Assembly (NCBI GenBank): GCA_951406725.2 | Contig: OX597819.1 | Coordinates: forward strand, 3,410,001-3,474,000 | Reading direction: 5' to 3' | Origin: Octopus vulgaris | Taxonomy: Eukaryota | DNA: 64,000 nt | Part shown: in pieces, positions 57,401 through 64,000 of the stretch | Position numbering within the stretch: position 1 is the first letter of the stretch | Layout: each line of letters begins with the position of its first letter | Program-made: the position numbers and the translations under genes | Notes under the pieces: model-generated | Told to the model about the DNA's origin: nothing | Seen by the model: the letters and a program-made list of their open reading frames with translations, nothing else | Databases searched by the model: none

Positions 57401-57767
57401 GGACTGTAGACACTTAGAAAATGCTATTGCATTTTGACAAATATGACATATTTACATATTTCATGTTGCACAAAACTATCTGTAATCAAAATGTGGTCAG
57501 TAATAGGGGAGTGCTGCAGGAACACATAAAGTAGCTGCTAAAAGAGCCTAACCCTAACTGTACCAGCAAAAAGTGTATAAATTTAATGAAATGCCTATCA
57601 TCCTCTGCTCCGACGAAGCACCGATGTTCCTTGCACTTAGGATTCAAAAGGATCCTTATGGATATCAAATATCGATCAGAACACATTCTAACAGAGAGCA
57701 TGAAGAAAGCGGAAAGGGGTGCGATATGTTTGCGCTGCGACTTCATATAAAATGCGTGTGTGTGTGC

Positions 57768-57818
<51 letters not shown>

Positions 57819-57824
57819 CATACA

Positions 57825-58425
57825 CAAGGAAACATATCTTTTAAAATGGCAAGGCGAATAAGCACAATAGTTTCGGATACAAGTAGACGAGAAAGACGAC
57901 TTGCAGAACTTAACTTGTTCCTTAAAAAACAAAAATACCCCTCTAAACTAACTAATAGACCAAGCTATAACTAAAGCTAAGGAGATCCCAATCTCTACCT
58001 TACGAAAAAGCACTCACATTGAAGATAAATTCTCCACTAGTCCTCAAGTCTCCGACAAATACTTAAGGAACAATAGATTATCAACAACCGAAGACAACCA
58101 CCAAATCATAAGAGACTTCTAACCAAAGCAGAGTTTACACCAGAGAAAGAAACCATGCAAGTAATCAAGTGTGGTGACGATGTGGGACATACGAATTAAT
58201 CTAACAGGGATCAGCCAAAAAAATAAAAAAATAAGAAGGAATTAAAGGTAAATGCAAATATAAACTGCAAAACCCAAATTCTGATATACAGTATCAAATG
58301 CCCACGATGCAATGAAAACTATGCAGGAGAAACAAAAACAAAATTAACCAACCGTGTAAATTTGCACAGACACCAAATGAAACATTCCGCGCTTAGATGC
58401 ATACCATGCAGCGACCACTTAGGCA
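57825..58425 (+). mobile_element. PLE fragment (thumb-linker-GIY-YIG), degenerate
   Basis: MARRISTIVSD...L...LKKQKYP; NCKTQILIYSIKCPRCNENYAGETKTKLTNRVNLH. Confidence 0.85.
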
Positions 58426-58610
58426 CTTATTTCTTTATTGCCCACAAGGGGCCAACCATAGAGGGGACAAACAAGGACAGACAAATGATTAAGTCGATTG
58501 CATCGACCCCAGTGCGAAACTGGAACTTAATTTATCGACCCCGAAAGGATGAAAGGCAAAGTGGACCTCTGCGGAATTTGAACTCAGAACGTAGCGGCAG
58601 ACGAAATACC
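58426..58610 (-). mobile_element. SINE-B, 5'-truncated at ggtatttcgtc
   Basis: Core and Tx1-type tail intact; head stops at the hairpin loop. Confidence 0.9.
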
Positions 58611-58780
58611 TATTGCGATATGAATGTGGCTTCCGAGATTAATTTTAATGTTATTCTCTAGCAGTTTTCTATTTGTCTGATGTGATATAGTTATTGGTTG
58701 TAAATGTACGAGAGAGTGTTGTAGTAATGTGTCCAATGTAACAGCTGGAGTCCTGAAGTTTACAACAATTGGATGTAAAC

Positions 58781-58854
<74 letters not shown>

Positions 58855-59649
58855 ATACATAAGCGTAACTTTCTTTTGCTCTGTTTCATTAGCACGCACA
58901 CGAATATATGAAACTTTCAATATTGGTATTTACGAAAGAATTTTAAAATTCTGGCAGTAATAAGCCGGTAAATAAAAGGAATGTAGCAAAATGATTTATC
59001 GTCTAAACAAACGAAAGAACAATTGTGAATTTGTATATTTGTCAAGTTTTTCTGCACTAAAACAGAGCCGTGTAGAATGAAGCGTGATAAGATAATGAAA
59101 TATTCGAAGCTTCCAAGAAGTAAATCTTTGCAAATAATGTAAATATATGCATATCAACAGTTCTGAGACAGAAATATCTATCGATTCAAACCCTCGGTAT
59201 ATGAACATGTAAGTTTAGCGAAAAACTGACAGCAAGCAGCAACCAGACAGGCTTTCGATATTTCTTTGCCATAAAAAGTGTTAAAGTTGAAGTTTAAGTT
59301 ATGAATAACTCAATAAATGCAGTCTTTAAAATATGATTTCTATTATTGAATTCTTCCGTAAATCAAATGTAAAATATAAATAAGTGTCTATCGAGAAAGC
59401 TAATAAAATAGGTAAGGCTGTGTTTATTTGAAAACGTCGACCTATATGTTTGTTACTTGTAGCGGTAAAAAACAAAAAAAATAAGCAAGCCAGAGATGGA
59501 GAGGCGCTTACCATAAAATTTACAGATCTTCCCGTATGAACATAACTCATGCACATAGTTGCATCAAAAACGTGGTCGAAACAGAATACTAGAGAGTTCT
59601 GGAGAAAGAAATAGGCATTTTGTAATGTAGAAGGGGAGCCACAGTTGGG

Positions 59650-61100
59650 ATGACGTGAGCTGTGGCTGTGTCTGATGAACCAGAGTTAATGGGGTGTGCA
59701 GATATCTTGTTCAAAAAGTTCATTGTAGTTACTGTAGAAGACCCAGGAAACCTAATGCAGAAGAAATAGTACATCTGTCTGAACTAGTGGTCGTAGTGTG
59801 AATATTTGGTAATCAATCTTGATGACTTTTTCGTGGGTAGATTCTCGATGTTGTAGGTCATGTTATTCACCTGTACTATAGCAAGTTAGAAACATTTTGA
59901 TCACTTATAAATTTCTGAATTATTGTTGTTTAGTTCAAATCAACCCTTTCCAGCAGACTGGTGATCAATAGTATTCCAGATGTGGCTATCCAATCCTTTT
60001 AGGTGAATTTGAATTACACTATTTTATGTGTTCTTCCTTTATTTGAGACGACAGAGTGTCATTTAAGATAGATTTGGCTCAGATTTGCAATCAAGCGTAG
60101 TCAACATAATACTGGTAGATTTCGACCAGTTAGCAGCAGATGGGATGCAAAGGATGCAGCAAAAAGTGTGTCGTGTTGATTCGAAAATATCAAACGAGCC
60201 GATCAGTAAGAGATTGTGATAATTGTGCCATAGTATGTTTGATGTAGTTAGTGTTATTGAGTGTGTCGTTAGGATTATATGTGAAGTCGGTTCAGATTGA
60301 CAAATTCGTCAATGCGCCGGCAGTGTCGACAAGCCAAGAGGAGTTGAGAGCATTTAAGTCACCGAGTGTTATGTTTTCAGGAACAAATGGAGTGAGATAA
60401 TTCTTCTTGATACTGACTGAGAGATAACCGAATTAGTGATGAAGGTTAATAGTGTAAAGAGAACCTAAAGCCAACAATGAATTTGTTCCATTTGTATTTT
60501 AAAGATGAATCTGATTATTCCTCCGTTATATAGCTACAACGTCCACAGTAATACCGTCTTTTATATCTTCTATCTGATGTGACATTTGTATAGAAAAGAG
60601 GGCACTACCGCAGCATTTGTAGCCACAGAAGTAGGGACTAATCAAATTCGGAACAATACGAGGGTTATATATGGTAGAATAAAGAGCATTTCTTTTAAAT
60701 ATTTGAGTATTATAGATAGAAAACATATGGATGATTGTGAAGAATATATACTGTAAATATACAGAAACGGTCTCTTTGATTTATTTCACCGACAAGAAGC
60801 ATAAAAACATCTATTCTGATGTGAAATAGTAATGCGGTGATTGAGCTGAAAAATAGCGCTTGAGGAAAGTTTTTTTGTTTAAGTGACTGTAGTAATTGAG
60901 GGACACAGCTAATGCTAAGTTAGTGTGAACCTGATCAGTAGAAGAAGACTTGCCAATCAATCTGACTTTTGGCTTTTCTAATAATGTAAGTGTGCTCTTT
61001 TTGTGTAGTTTATTAAACCTAAGGTAGTATAGCTTAAACATACAAGATAACATGATCTGGTGGTTTTTAGGGGAAATGTATCCTTAATATATTTCTAGGA
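59650..61100 (-). mobile_element. Highly degenerate PLE RT/GIY-YIG remnant
   Basis: STD...LNYYSH...AQ...TSE thumb-like motif; remainder disrupted. Confidence 0.4.
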
Positions 61101-63025
61101 GATTTTGAAGGATGGTCGTTGATTATGTGAGTCAAAGAGAAGTAAGCATATTATACATATATAAATGAAACAGTACTGCGCTGGTCTGAGCGATCTCACT
61201 CCTCTATCTTTCGCACTGAAACCAGCACGAAAAGTACTTCAAGAAAGTACGAAATGATTATTATTTATTATTTACATTATAATATCATTCATAGTAATTA
61301 GAAAATTATATATGATTAATACATGATAGAAAATTTATTTTGAACAACATTATTTGTCCATACTTTGTAACCCAAAATCAAAATAAAAAAGAATGTATAC
61401 TAATGGATAAAAATTCATTTAATACACAATACTGAAATAATAGAAAATATTTATTCCAGTATAATTCTTGCTAGAAAATCCTCCATACAAATCTTAGCAT
61501 ACAAATTGATTATTTATGTAAAATGTCATCTGGTGACTGATGTAGTTTTTGCAGGTAATGGGATAGCTGCAAGATTCTGCTTTCATTTTCAATTAAGCTG
61601 TCTCAACGGCATCCTTTTGTTATTAATGTACTTCACTACATTGTTCCCAACGGTATGTTCATTTCAAATCGAACTCTGATGCGCTCCACAGTAAATCGGA
61701 ATAGAAAAGCGATTATCTGCCATTTGTCATTCACCATAGAGTGACCAAAAGTAATTATGATCAGTCACGCAGTCCTGTTACTCGGAATGATAAATCGACC
61801 ATTATATGCTTTCCATTAATGCATGCAGTTTATTATTTAAGTATTCAGCATGTTTTAATCTATTTATGCTTGTATATGTCTAAATCAACTTAATGCAGTC
61901 TTACAGAATCAACATAATCTGATGCAGAGTAATGCCATGAAGTTATTCTATTAATTCAGCTAGATACATGTGAAACAGGCGATGAGATAAATTTAACGCT
62001 GGGGAATTCATCGTGTAGCCAAAATATGAATAAAGAAATGAGAATTTATTAAGGTATAAAGGAAAGCTATTTACAGAAAACATACATATTAAAAAGCAAA
62101 CACATTAATTCAGAAAAATAATGTTTCTCTCGAAAAAGAGGAAGTTGTACAGCGGAAGAAAATTTCTCTCTAATGCCAAATACAGCATTGAGATACAAGT
62201 TATTGAACAAAAGAGATAAATTTTTTTATCTCTGAAAGAAATACATAGATATCATTGCTATCAGACGTCTATTCCAGCAAAGCAATTGTATCTAACAGCA
62301 TTGATGGAATTTTTAAAAGTATCATAAATTTTATATGGTAATCTACATAGAAATGATTTATTTTAAGTCTCTGTTTTGTTGTAGCACTCAATATTCACGA
62401 GTAGCTGATATCAAATAACGAATTATATTTGTGCAACTACGTAAACGTGATATCTTCACCAGCATGAAAACAAATATTACTCACACAAATGAAACAATTT
62501 TGCATTTCACTTACTTAAGTTACACAACTAAATAGCAGAATCAAAACCTTCCAACACATTGCAATTACTTGATCTCACAATCTCTTAATTTCTTATGTGA
62601 CTCTACATATGACCATCGACAAAATATGCATTACAAAGTTTTACCTCAGAAGCCAGAAAATGCTTCAGTATTGATCAGTTGCGGATATACACGTTACACA
62701 CACCCGTCCTACACCACATCAAAAAGATAGTTAATCATCTGTTGGCAAATATTCATTCTTCTATTCAAGCAATCAGTCACATACACATGTTTTAACAGTA
62801 ATATTTCTTTTGTTATTTTGTTCAATATTTGTAATGACTAGATAACACTACTGTCTATATTGTTTGTTTACATAGTAAAAAAAACAACAACAAAAAACAG
62901 GTGTGTACCATTCTGTGCAAATTCCATAATATTCTGATAAATAATGGACTATTCTAATTTCTGATGCAACACAATTAGCATAAATACTTTGGATATGTTG
63001 TCCTGTGGAACAATGCTGAGATATA

Positions 63026-63208
63026 TATTTCTTTATTACCCACAAGGGGCTAAACATAGAGGAGACAAACAAGGACATACAAAGGGATTAAGTCGATTAA
63101 ATCTACCCCATTGCATAACTGGTACTTATTTCATCGACCCCGAAAGGATGACAGGCAAAGTCGACCTCGGCGGAATTTGAACTCAGAACGTAACGGCAGA
63201 CGAAATAC
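63026..63208 (-). mobile_element. SINE-B, 3' part immediately downstream of the Tx1 tail
   Basis: Begins at gtatttcgtctgccgttacg; full family tail. Confidence 0.92.
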
Positions 63209-64000
63209 AAATTTCTTTATTGCCCACCGGGGGCCAAACATAGGTATGGACAGAACAACTGATGGGATCAGTGAAGCGATATGATTTTACATAAATGTGA
63301 CTTTAAAAATAAAATACAATATATAAAAAATCGAATGGAATAAACAATACAAAAACAATACAAATGAAGCGATGATCAGGTCACGCTCCGACCCCACAAG
63401 CCCCGATCTACCGCTGATACCTTTTTTTCCGGTCTATTCATAGACATGCTTCCATCTCTTTTGGAACGTACACTCCGGCAGACACCTCTTCTCCAGCCAC
63501 AGTTTCCTTTTCAAATAAAAAGAAAAAAAAAAGATCGTAAATTGTGACCAGTAATAAAGTTGTCTATCTTAATTCCTTTTATCCTAGTCTTCCATACTGC
63601 CTCTTTTGCTATTGCTACAACCACGAGAAAACAATTCTTACCTTCGTTCGTTAGAACTCCCGGTGGGTCAATTTTTATAATTGACTCAGTCGACAGCTGT
63701 ACTCTTCTTTCGCCGGACAACAGGCGTTCAGCATAAGCCCACATTTCAGTTATCTCCAGACACTGAACAATAGCGTGAGGGACGATTTCCCTGTCTCCCC
63801 CCCCCCGCATCTTGAACAGGTCGGCGACTGATGTTTACCATGTCTTGCGAGCTTATCCCAAACGGGCAAGGCACCTCTGTAGCTTTGTCAGGTTAAGGAC
63901 TTTTGGAAGTTGTCCAACGTTCTCAACCCGAATGTACGATGAAACAGGCTGTCCAGTTGAATAAATCCGAGACCTAGAGTCGACCCCAGGCCATCGTCGC
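63209..64000 (-). mobile_element. Tx1/L1-clade LINE ORF2 3' end and 3'UTR (runs off the window)
   Basis: RGALPVWDKL...CSRC...E...HAIVQC (CCHC), AKEAVWKTR; frameshifted; tail atgtttggcccccggtgggcaataaagaaatt. Confidence 0.88.

Overview
AT-rich eukaryotic DNA, intergenic or intronic, with no supportable host gene. The SINE families and very long (TA)n, (TACA)n and (TAA)n arrays point to an octopod cephalopod, which is an inference. The window is almost entirely repeats: R4/Dong-type RLE LINEs in (TAA)n, RTE LINEs in (TATG)n, CR1-group remnants, Penelope-like elements (PLEs) with inverted arms and minimal hammerhead ribozymes, non-autonomous Helitrons, MITEs, DNA-transposon fossils and at least three tRNA-derived SINE families. 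The most notable candidate system is a set of Tx1/L1-like elements. Two ORF1-encoding elements are stacked at one site in a SINE-A tRNA-like head (15598-18632), and the first has ORF1 only yet a complete 3' tail. A Tx1 ORF2 3' end abuts the hairpin loop of a SINE-B head (63208). The LINE, the ORF1-only element and SINE-B share a 3' terminal motif. The second candidate is a non-coding element combining a tRNA-like head with a hammerhead (13178-14178). All alignments were made by eye.
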